64,000 nucleotides of DNA, taken from an uncultured delta proteobacterium. Its GTDB lineage: Bacteria > Desulfobacterota > Syntrophobacteria > Syntrophobacterales > Syntrophobacteraceae. The DNA lies in contig CAWEHK010000037.1 of assembly GCA_963808625.1 (NCBI GenBank), positions 80,157-144,156 of the forward strand. The letters run 5' to 3'. The translations under genes and the position numbers were made by a program. Below the pieces are notes generated by a model. The model had not been told where the DNA came from. It did no database searches and saw only the letters and a program-made list of their open reading frames with translations. Within the stretch, counting starts at the first letter, position 1, and each line of letters starts with the position of its first letter. This document shows, piece after piece, positions 54,854-64,000 of this stretch.

Positions 54854-55576
54854 CCCCCTCGATCGTCGCCGAAAACCTGAACCTGTAAGCGCGCCGGGCG
54901 GAACATCTTCCAGATCGAAAACTTGCTCTTCGCCGAGGGAGAAGTCCTGGCCCTGGTCGGCCCCAACGGCGCGGGCAAGACCAGTCTGCTCCTTACCCTG
55001 GCGCTGCTTCAGCCGCCCTCATCCGGGAACGTTACCTTCAACGGTGTCATTGCCGGCAACGGCAATGTCCTCGTCCCTTCGCCGCCGCATGGCGGTGGTC
55101 TTTCAGGACGCGCTGCTCCTGGACACGACCGTCTTTCGGAACCTCACGATCCCGCTGCGCATAAGGGGCGTCACGGCAAGGAAGCAGCAGAGCGCGCGGA
55201 GAAATGGCTCGAACCGCTTCGGTATCGCCCATCTGGCCGACCGCAAGGCGCGGCAGCTCTCCGGCGGGGAAGCGCAGCGCACCAGCCTGGCGCGCGCCTT
55301 CGCCCTGGAACCGGAATTCCTCTTTCTCGATGAACCCCTCGGGGCCCTCGATTATCCCACCCGTAAAGCGCTGCTCGGTGAGCTCGGGTCAAATCCTGAA
55401 GGACATGAACATGACCACCCTGTTTGTGACCCACGATTTCACCGAAATCCCCTATATGGCGTCAACGGGTTGCCGTCCTGTACGAAGGGCGCATCGTCAA
55501 GCACGGAACGGTCCGCGAGGTGTTTGGTGCAGAGCTTCTCGAGAGCAAGGTGTGGACCCCCTGGGAGGTTGACTGA
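54850..55576 (+). CDS. ABC transporter ATP-binding protein (TupC-like), multiple frameshifts
   Basis: [27 protein letters not shown] in successive frames. Confidence 0.78.
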
Positions 55577-55975
55577 CGAGCAGACGACACTTCGAGTTGT
55601 CCAAGAAGAGGAGGTCATCTTTCACCACGGAAACACGGAAAACACGGAAGACATGAGAAATACGAAAGACGAAGAAGACCAGAAGTGATTTCTTCGTGCT
55701 CTTCGTGTCCTTCGTGGTTTGAAACAGGACCGGAATGGGAGCAAGTTGTTTGTTGACGAGCCCATAGCTCAGCGAAACTGAGCACAGCGAGGCACAGCGA
55801 AGTGTCCATTATCCCCGGTCGTACATTCCCGCATGGCCTCCGGTTCTTCGGTGGGTCTGGCGTTGACAGAAGAGTAAAGTGTCCATTATCCACGGTCGTC
55901 ATTCCCACACGCTTCAAGCGGCAATCCAGATGCCTCTTGATCCCTCGACCGCCGCCATCAGAGCCAATTGCTGCA

Positions 55976-56992
55976 TCATTCCCTCTGCCCCGGCAGCCAC
56001 AGGTAATAGAAACCGCTGCGAAGAGGAGGAAGCGACTCTGCCAGGCCCAGGTTGATCAGGTTGATCTCGGGGAACCCGGGTCTGCTGCTGTAGGTATTGT
56101 AAAGATTGTCATCAGGATATTCGGTCCGGCGATAGACCACGACTTTGGCATCCTCGGGGAGCCCGGCAATCCTGGCCGTCTTCCGGATCGCATCATCGAG
56201 ATATCCGATTTGGTCCACGAGTCCCAGGCGCAACGCCTCGTCGGCCGGATAGATGCGTGCCGACGAGATATCCGCGGTGGCCTCGTCGTTCAGTTTGCGG
56301 TGGTTTACGACCAGGGTGAGAAATCTCCCGGCCAAGTCATCAACCAGGTTCTGCATGATCTTTTGCTCCCCTTCGGTAGCCTTCCGGAAGGGAGATCCCA
56401 TGTCTTTGTTCCGGCCTGACTTGTCGACCTCGACTTCGAGCCCGATTTTGCCCATGAGCCCGGATACATTCGGCCGCAAAGAGACCACTCCGATGGAGCC
56501 GGTGATCGTCGTGGGATGGGCAAAGATGAAGTCTGCAGGCAGGGCAATATAGTATCCGCCCGAAGCCGCAACCCCCATCATGATCACCACGAGATGAGCT
56601 CCGCTGCGTTCTTTAAATTTGCTGATCTCGTGATACAGCATATCGCTGGCCGTAACCGAGCCGCCCGGTGAATCGATTTTCAAAATGACGGCCTTGATGT
56701 CCTTATCCTTTTCCGCCTTCTTCAATTGCGACACGATCTCCTGGACCATGCTGGGACTGCGCAATAAAGAAAACTCCTTCTGACTGTCCGAAATGACCCC
56801 GTTGACCGGAATGATAAGGATTTTCTCCTTCCCGCTGCCCTGGAGAGTGAATTCCTTCAAGGGTTCAGCAGCTTCGCGAAAGAGCGTGATTTTGGGTTTG
56901 ATGCAACCGCTGCAAACCACGAAGCCCACAACGATCAAAGCGGCAAGATACGTCCGTATGATTACCATTCTTCTGCCCCTGCTCATGCTCAT
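55976..56992 (-). CDS. sppA: Signal peptide peptidase SppA (S49)
   Basis: IDSPGGSV, AASGGYY, TGSIGV, GLVDQIG; lipobox-like CSGC. Confidence 0.92.
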   Translation of the reverse strand: MSMSRGRRMVIIRTYLAALIVVGFVVCSGCIKPKITLFREAAEPLKEFTLQGSGKEKILIIPVNGVISDSQKEFSLLRSPSMVQEIVSQLKKAEKDKDIKAVILKIDSPGGSVTASDMLYHEISKFKERSGAHLVVIMMGVAASGGYYIALPADFIFAHPTTITGSIGVVSLRPNVSGLMGKIGLEVEVDKSGRNKDMGSPFRKATEGEQKIMQNLVDDLAGRFLTLVVNHRKLNDEATADISSARIYPADEALRLGLVDQIGYLDDAIRKTARIAGLPEDAKVVVYRRTEYPDDNLYNTYSSRPGFPEINLINLGLAESLPPLRSGFYYLWLPGQRE

Positions 56993-57395
56993 GGATTCCT
57001 CGCCCCAATCAAGCACCCATCCTGACACCTCAGTCAGCAGCCCGAGTCTCGATGACCCGGCTGCAATTCTACCATCATCCAGGGCCGTCATGAAATAGTG
57101 AAAACGACGGCGAGCGTCGTGACTCCGCCTGGCTGCCATCATCGCACCCGCGCAGCTATCAGCCCAGAGTTCACCCGTCGGAAATCAGCATCGATTAGAA
57201 ATTTCTAATCTCCTCTTAATCTTTCCTTAATACTCATCGCCTATGGTGATAACCGACTGCTCAGGCAGGGCCTGTGGAAGGCCATAGCCCGGGATGAAGG
57301 GTGTGATGCGGAAGGGAAAATGAAGGGAAGAGGAATGAGGAAGAGGCAACATCAGGCAGCAAATTGTGCCGGTTTTTCGTTCATAACAGGAGGAT

Positions 57396-58697
57396 GTGAT
57401 GACGGCCTACATGACTGGCGAATGCATCTCGTTTGACGTTATTCTAAACGGCGAAGAGGAGGAAGAGCTCTGCCCGCTCATCGGCGGGAACGGGTCACAG
57501 GCATGGGCGTTCGCGGCAGATCCCGAGGGGAGCGTCATAGCGGCGGGACTGATCGAAGCGGAGGCGGAAGAGACACCAGCAGAGGAACCGGAGGACCCCG
57601 ACGGTGATCCTCGGGCGCAAATTTGCGAGCCGATCTTTGATGGCTTCGAAAACGACCCCTTCTCCTGCTACGCAAGAGAGATCGCCGGCTACCCGCTCTT
57701 AACCCAGGAGCGCGAACTGGAACTCGCTCTCGCGATTCGGGAAGGCCAGGACCACCTGGTGCGGATGGTCGCGGCGCATGCGCCTGATGACAGGTTCTTC
57801 AGCGATCTGAAAGCAAAGGTGCAAAAACTGCTGAGCCGCGAAAAGACCTTCCCGGGCATGAGGGACAAGGCGCTCAAGCTGATCTTGGACACCCTCGAGC
57901 AAGTGGCGGCGGATCATCCGCAACACCGGCTGTATCCCAAGGTGTACCGCCAGGCGCAAGCCGTCATGGCTGCCATCGATGCCGCCAAGGGGGAAATGGT
58001 GAAAGCCAATCTCCGCCTCGTGATGAGCATTGCCAGGCGCTACCTGGGGCGCGGGATGACCTTTGACGACCTGATTCAGGAAGGCAACATGGGTTTGCTC
58101 AAGGCCGTAGGGCGCTACGACCACACGAAAGGCACGCGCTTCAGCACCTACGCTACCTGGTGGATAAGACAGGGCATCATCCGGGGGATTTACGACAAGA
58201 GCGGCACGATCCGCTTGCCCGTGCACGTCATTGAGATGAAGAACCTTTTCTACAAGGCCTCTTATGAGCTCCATAAGGAACTCGGGCGCGAGCCGACGCT
58301 CCAGGAGATCGCCGGCAAGGCCAAGCTGCCCCCGACCAAGGCGGAGCACGTGCTGCGGCTTGCCGCCCAGCCGGTTTCCCTGGAAACCCCCATCGGCGAA
58401 GACGGCCAGCGGCTCGGCGACTTCATCAGGGATGAAAACGCCGTTTCCCCCATGGAGCACTGCTCGAACGGCGAACTGTCCGACGCCGTCCACCAACTGC
58501 TCGCCGCACTGCAACCGCGCGAGGAGCTGATTCTTCGCCTCCGCTTCGGGCTGGACGGCCAGGCTGCCGAAACCCTGGAAGCCATTGGAAGGGAGTTCAA
58601 AGTCTCCAAGGAGCGGATTCGACAAATCGAGAAAAAAGCCCTGGGAAAGCTTCGAAAACTCAACCGGGAGGTCTGCTTCAGCAGCTTTGTGGGCTAG
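57396..58697 (+). CDS. Sigma-70 family (RpoD/RpoS-like) alternative sigma factor
   Basis: Region 1.2 YPLLT..ELELA, ANLRLV, DLIQEGN, FSTYATWWIRQ, SLETPIG, TLEAIG..VSKERIRQIE. Confidence 0.9.
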   Translation: MMTAYMTGECISFDVILNGEEEEELCPLIGGNGSQAWAFAADPEGSVIAAGLIEAEAEETPAEEPEDPDGDPRAQICEPIFDGFENDPFSCYAREIAGYPLLTQERELELALAIREGQDHLVRMVAAHAPDDRFFSDLKAKVQKLLSREKTFPGMRDKALKLILDTLEQVAADHPQHRLYPKVYRQAQAVMAAIDAAKGEMVKANLRLVMSIARRYLGRGMTFDDLIQEGNMGLLKAVGRYDHTKGTRFSTYATWWIRQGIIRGIYDKSGTIRLPVHVIEMKNLFYKASYELHKELGREPTLQEIAGKAKLPPTKAEHVLRLAAQPVSLETPIGEDGQRLGDFIRDENAVSPMEHCSNGELSDAVHQLLAALQPREELILRLRFGLDGQAAETLEAIGREFKVSKERIRQIEKKALGKLRKLNREVCFSSFVG

Positions 58698-58715
58698 CAT
58701 AAAGCATCCGGTCAT

Positions 58716-59078
58716 TCATCTGATGCCAAGGCTGCTCTTCAAGGCACGATCCACGTCAGCCATGATCTCGTCGGGCAGGGTCGTGACCTTTGGCAAGAGC
58801 AGCCTTCTCCTGTCAATCGTTCTGATCTGCGCCAGATTGACTATGGATGCTTTCTTCAAGCCCTGCTCCTCACCGATGGCCACAGCAATCGGAGAAGAGG
58901 CTTTCTTTGCGGAAGACTCGGAAATAACCGCGATAATAATGGTCGCGCGGGAGTAGCGGTTGCCAATGTCGTTCTGAATTACAACCACAGGTCGTGTTTT
59001 GCCCGTTTCACTGCCCAGGACGGGACCCAGATTCGCGTAATATACTTCACCGCGCCTTATTTGCGGAACAGTCACCAT
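58716..59078 (-). CDS. MazF/PemK family toxin
   Basis: RRGEVY, GSE..KTRPVVVIQND, QIRTID. Confidence 0.92.
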   Translation of the reverse strand: MVTVPQIRRGEVYYANLGPVLGSETGKTRPVVVIQNDIGNRYSRATIIIAVISESSAKKASSPIAVAIGEEQGLKKASIVNLAQIRTIDRRRLLLPKVTTLPDEIMADVDRALKSSLGIR

Positions 59079-59093
59079 CGTCCCTCTCCCGGA

Positions 59094-59357
59094 TCAGAGA
59101 TTTTTGGCGTCCGCATAGTTGAAATCCTCAACAGTGCTGAGATTCTCCTCAGCCATTTCAAGGTAGGCCTCCCGCATGCGCTCTTCAAAGATCTGTCGCT
59201 CCGCCTCCTCGACCTTTTGCTCGATCGATTCTCGCACCAGAACCGAGATTTTCTGTCCCTTCCCGGCAGCCACCCGTCGCAGCTTCTCCTTCAATTCCAG
59301 CGGGAGCACCACATGGAGTCTCACGTCCTTGGTTGACGTTTTTGGAGCCATTTGCAT
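59094..59357 (-). CDS. Ribbon-helix-helix antitoxin (NdoAI/EndoAI-like)
   Basis: Directly upstream of the toxin; RLHVVLP..., MREAYLEMAEENL. Confidence 0.8.
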   Translation of the reverse strand: MQMAPKTSTKDVRLHVVLPLELKEKLRRVAAGKGQKISVLVRESIEQKVEEAERQIFEERMREAYLEMAEENLSTVEDFNYADAKNL

Positions 59358-59530
59358 GCCTTTCTTGCGTAAAATTATAACGCAAATCAGGACAGCAAAA
59401 AACTTGTTCAAAAACAATGAGGGTGATTCCAGCTGGTTTCCATCCGGAAACCCACCGGTTGCGTAGGGGCGGGCTTTACGCCCGCCCGAAATCATCAATA
59501 ACTCCGGCACATTTTGGGAGGGGCCAAACC

Positions 59531-59968
59531 CCCATATCCATCAGGCTGAGGGGTTTACCCGAGGTGGATTTATGCCTGCGACCGGTTGCCAGTCGGATGA
59601 TGAATGCCCTGAAAGGGCTTCATAAAATAGCCCAGGGTCAGCAACAGCGCCACCCTGGGAGGGGAAGCCCAATTGCCTTTTCTTTACCCTGAAAGGGTTA
59701 GATAAATTGTTGTGTCGCTATGTTTTATGCAACCCCTTCAGGGTTGATGGTCGTGTTGTACCTGACTCCCCAGGGTGGCGCTGGCGCTGACCCTGGGCTA
59801 ATTTAACCGTATAGGAATTTCCATTTTTCGACAGGATTAACAGGATTATCAGGAAGCGAGTCCTTAATCCTGCAAATCCTGTAAATCCTGTCAAAGAAAG
59901 TTCGCCCGAAGGGCGCTAAGTTCTCGAGCCCCTTCAGGGCAGTAAAGTTAGCTTGATGCATATGGGGT
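59531..59968. mobile_element. TIR-bounded REP-cluster element with a nested 9-mer hairpin insertion
   Basis: Ends CCCATATCCATCAGGCTGA / TTAGCTTGATGCATATGGGG; reverse complement of 63488-63912. Confidence 0.75.
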
Positions 59969-60286
59969 AGACCCCTCCCCTACAGTCCGAACTCAAACAT
60001 GTGCCGTTTTCGGATGAACACTGGCCAGTCTTCGTCTGGAAAGGCGCTGATCGTTTGGTTAGCTCGTCGGGGTGAGTTTGATGCCCGTCCGCAATCTCCT
60101 GTGGTTCTGAGGCATTTGGGAGGGGATAAACCCCTCCCCTACGCTTGGGATTTGATAATGAGGGGTTCGGAATGCATCCGGCTAATAGTTCAAGGCGCAC
60201 TTCCAATGGTCATCGAAAGAATTGGCGGTAATCTCGGATTGCGGATGTCGGAAGGAAGAACCTATTCCTGTCCACGAAACTCCGAT

Positions 60287-60346
60287 GTGGGGCAGGCTTT
60301 CCAGCCTGCCTGAGGATAACGGCAGGCTGGAAAGCCTGCCCCACAC
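60287..60346. repeat. Paired REP palindrome GTGGGGCAGGCTTTCCAGCCTGCC
   Basis: Perfect inverted pair; relative at 43620. Confidence 0.85.
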
Positions 60347-60353
60347 ACCCCTC

Positions 60354-60420
60354 GCGTCGTTGGAGTCGTGTTCAGGCCGCCTGCTACGCGACGGCGGCCT
60401 GAACACGACCCAACGACGCT
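60354..60420. repeat. Long GC-rich hairpin 3' of the NACHT-FGE gene
   Basis: GCGTCGTTGGAGTCGTGTTCAGGCCGCC...GGCGGCCTGAACACGACCCAACGACGC. Confidence 0.85.
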
Positions 60421-60455
60421 CGTCAAGCAACAGCCGGCGCCAAGGGTACAAGGGC

Positions 60456-63441
60456 TCAAGGGCCAAGGGCAACGGACCTGGAGAGGCGAAAGCCCAACGT
60501 TGCTGCGGCGGGCGCCGGGCTCGTAGTAGCGTGCGAATCGCCGACCGGCAGTACTGCGCAACGAGGTTCCAGCCGCCGCCGCGGACCACCCGGCTGGAGC
60601 CCCGTGGGTCATCAATCCAGGGGCCGCCATCATCTGGTGCACCATTGTAGTTGTCATGCCAGTCGTCCTCGGTCCACTCCCGAACATTCCCGTGCATGTC
60701 ATAGAGTCCAAAAGCATTGGGCTCCTTTTCACCGACCGGGTGAGTCTGGTCGCCGGAATTCGCGTCATACCAGCCGGCCTGCTTTAGATCGTCCTCGGTA
60801 TCACCCGTATAATACCGGGTGGTCGTTGCGGCCCGGCAAGCATACTCCCACTCGGCCTCGCTCGGCAACCGCAAACCAGCCCAGTCAGCATAGCGCTGAG
60901 CATCCTCCCAGCTCACCCCCACCACCGGCTGACGCGACTGGTTGAAACGCCGGTCGGCCCAATATTGAGGTTCTGCCACCTTGGGGTTTTCCTTCAAAAA
61001 TCGACCATATTCTTCGTTGGTCACCGCGTAGCGACCCAGGTAGAAATCGCGCACCCGCACCTGGTGCAGCGGTCCTTCAGCCTCAAAACGTCCCTCTTCG
61101 GATTCCGGTGAACCCATCATGAACACACCCGCGGGAATTCTCACCAGCTCGTAGCCGCCCCGTTCCGCAGAGATCACATCCTGCCGCGCCTGTCCGTTGC
61201 GCGTGGCAAACCAGCGACGGATGTCCGGCAAGGGGTGTTGCCGCAAGCCCTGTCCGGAGCTTTTCAACGGCATTGGAATCGATGCGCTCCAGCACCTGCA
61301 GTGCCGCAAACTGCCGCCGCCAGAGCTCCGCATCGTTTCCAGCATCCGTTTCCAGCAATTCCACGAAAGGCTGAGGGCTGGTCTCTGCCGCATCGTCCAG
61401 GCACATCTGCACAAGGTTCGGATATTCGGTGAAGGCCGGTTGCCGAAGCACCTCGCGCATGTATGGCGTGAACAAAGAGGGATCATCAAGGGCCAACAGC
61501 AGCAGCGCCACTTCCTGCCACCAGGATTCCCCGAAGTGGCTTGCCAGCTCGCCCAAAACCTGTGTATCGCCTTCGAAGGCGCGCCGCCGGATCTCCCGCG
61601 CCGCCAGGTATTCTTGGAATCCCAGGTGCATGAAGCCATAGTGTTCCTGGTCCCAACCGGTCAAAAGACCGCTTTGGTCCCGGACGGTGCGCAGGAATTT
61701 CTCGGCGCCGCCTTGCGTCCAGTTCACGGCTTTCAAAGCGGGCTCGAGATATGGCGCGAGTTCCGCCGCTTTCGCCCGCGTCCGCCCTTCCTCGCTGTGC
61801 AGCCAGAGGGCCGCCGGCTGCAGCACCCGCCGCCCGTCCTGGGCACTGATCCCGACCGGCAAGTGTTTGCTCTCCTGCCAATGTTCCAGCAGAACGTCGA
61901 TGCATTCCTCGTAAAGCCGCGCACGCTTGCGGGGCAGAGCTCCACGGTGGCGGTGCACGAGGCAGATGTTGGTCAGCAGCAGAGGGTTGCGCGTCAGTTC
62001 GAACACCCGGCGGGCGCGAAAGTCCGGTTCCCGCAAGCGCTCTGAATCAGGTTTTCGGCCTTTTCCCGGGCGATGCCTTCGGCCTGCTCAGGATCTTTGG
62101 CCAGCCCGCGTTCGACGATGCGATACCAGTTTTGGACAAACCGCTCCACCTGGTCGTCGATCAACGGCCGGATGTGCATTTCGAGAAAATCCTCGCTCAA
62201 TCGCACAGTGGGACTGTAACCCGCAAAACGGCTGGTCACCACAAACCGGCAGCCGGGGTGGGACTTCAGAGCTTCGCTCGATCCACTTCGCAACCTTCTC
62301 GCGTTGCGACAGGTCTGCAACCTCGTCCAGACCATCCAGAAGAAACAGCAGATTCCCGCGTTTCAGGAGGCGCTCACCAAACCCCGGCAGGGTTTTGAGA
62401 TGGGGACTGTCCAGTTGAGCCTGGATGAACGCATCGAGTCCGTGATCAAGATCACGCAGATCCCTCAGGGGCAGGAATACCGGCAGCATCCCTGCGGGCA
62501 GGCCGATGGTCTCGGGTCCCTTGCGCAGGCACCACAATAGCAGCCGTTTGAGATGGGTGGTCTTGCCGGCCCCGGGATCGCCTAGGATGACCAACCCTCT
62601 TCTCCCCCGCATTGCCGACTCGCGGAAAGCTTCCGGCAGGTCAATCTCCTTGGCCGCATCGCACTCCCGGAGGGCTTTTTCGGCATCCGCCGCATCAGCA
62701 AAGCATGCTTCTCCCACTCCTCTCAGGTCCACCATGGCTCGCAGAGGCATGTAGATTTCTTCAATGTCGATGGGCACCTTGAGCTGAGTGACAAAACCGG
62801 CCACCGGCAGGGTGGCATGCAGCGCTTCCGCCTTCTTGCGATAGTTACTGATCTCGTCATCGAGAGCATCTTCCTCCGCCGAATCGCGCGGAACCTCAGG
62901 ACCGATGGCACCGCTTTGGGCTGAAGGCTCCCTGCTTTTGCGCCACTCCTGCAATGCCTGAAATACTTTCGCCTGCAGCGTTGTCTCTTCGAAAAGCGCA
63001 GGCATTTGGTGCTGAGAGAACTTCTTTCTTGAAAGCAGCAAGTTTCTTCTGCTTGTCCCAGCGCTCGGGTTCGGGATCAAAGTCCGCTTCCGTTAAAGGG
63101 CAACTCGGGATTGAGCAAAAACATGAGCCGCTCCTTGGCGGCATCGTACTCCAGTTCGGTGATGGACTTTTTTCTCTTCTTCGGTATCCAGCCGTAGCGT
63201 CCAGCGATGATCCCCACCAGGACATCCGCTTCACGCGCGTAGCGCAGGCATTCTTCGACGGTTGGTCGGTGCTCGCAGGGAAGATTTCCATCCCGTGCCA
63301 GACCATTCCGGCCATGGTGATGGCATCCTGCACCAGCTTGCGCCTTTCCTTGTTGTCCAGGTAGGTGCTCGAGACAAAGACCTTGTACAGGCGGGGAGCA
63401 TCCGAAGCAGCGTTCGAGGGGGTTTTCTTGGCGGTCGGCAT
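60456..63441 (-). CDS. DUF4062 - NACHT - FGE-sulfatase (SUMF1/CLec) protein, several frameshifts
   Basis: KVFVSST, GRYG, ITELEY; GDPGAGKTT, LDGLDE, VTSR, NPLLL, F.HLGFQEY; FMMGS, RLPSEAEWEY, LYDMHGNV.EW, RGGGW. Confidence 0.87.
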
Positions 63442-63487
63442 GGTATCCTCTCAAATCGGGAAGAGGGTCACGGCAGAGGGTAAGGCC

Positions 63488-63912
63488 CCCCACCTGCATC
63501 AAGCTAACTTTTCTGCCCTGAAGGGGCTCGATAAATTAGCCCAGGGTCAGCGATAGCGCCACCCTGGGGAGCCAAGTACAACACGGATATCTACCCTGAA
63601 GGGGTTACATAGATCATACCGACACAACGATTTATCCAACCCTTTCAGGGTAAGGGAAAAAGGGGATTTTACTTCCCCTCCCAGGGTGGCGCTGTTGCTG
63701 ACCCTGGGCTATTTTATAAAGCCCTTTCAGGGCATTCATCATCCAACAGGCAACCAGCCGCAGCCATAATTTCAACTCGGGTAAACCTTGATGATCTCGT
63801 AAGAAGTCATTTCTCGCAAAGTCACACCTAATAAATTCAACCTGTTACGCCATGCAAAAAGGCGATTTTGGGACTTTTTACGAATCCATCAACCTTAGCT
63901 TGTTACATATAG
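63488..63912. mobile_element. TIR-bounded REP-cluster element (inverted copy of 59531-59968)
   Basis: CCTGCATCAAGCTAAC ... TTAGCTTGTTACATAT; paired CCCTGAAGGGG / CCCAGGG hairpins. Confidence 0.75.
63790..63890. mobile_element. 101-bp MITE with a 6-bp target duplication AACCTT
   Basis: TIRs GATGATCTCGTAAGAAGTC / GACTTTTTACGAATCCATC flanked by AACCTT on both sides. Confidence 0.8.
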
Positions 63913-64000
63913 TGTAAGGCCCAGACCGTCGATGGATCGCGTTCAGCTAAGCTGAATCAAACCAATGTTCTGCGGGTGGGCGTTGAACAAGAACTCACCA

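Overview
This window looks like chromosomal DNA from an anaerobic Desulfobacterota organism; Syntrophobacterales-like is my inference from gene content. Many single-base frameshifts fall in essential genes, which suggests uncorrected long-read indel errors. Region 1-24 kb is a housekeeping superoperon: xerC-hslVU, argBDFGH, an FN3 lipoprotein, lysA-dapFABL-folK, fsa, an SLT, pgsA, a TIGR00300/ornithine-cyclodeaminase-like gene, khpA and a LonC-type protease. Region 24.7-26.7 kb holds nrfHA with an upstream TTGAC-N4-GTCAA box. Region 27-41.5 kb is an accessory island with a HEAT protein, HEPN-MNT, a clan AA protease, an MBL hydrolase, DUF4062-NB-ARC-TPR, a YqhG/YqhH-like SNF2 pair and decayed toxin-antitoxin modules. 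Region 42-53.8 kb is a 2-oxoacid:ferredoxin oxidoreductase + HdrL-like + MvhD-HdrD + selenocysteine HdrA-MvhD operon, interrupted by a four-helix-bundle (Avd/IVS-like) gene between inverted heptamer arrays. Region 54-64 kb has tupBC, sppA, an alternative sigma-70, a MazF-type pair and a DUF4062-NACHT-FGE gene whose 3' end resembles a DGR variable region. Intergenic DNA is dense with heptamer arrays, 8/9-mer hairpins, REP-like palindromes and nested MITEs. The best candidates for a new system are the heptamer-array/four-helix-bundle cassette with its orphan arrays, and the NLR-like gene with a putative DGR-diversified sensor.
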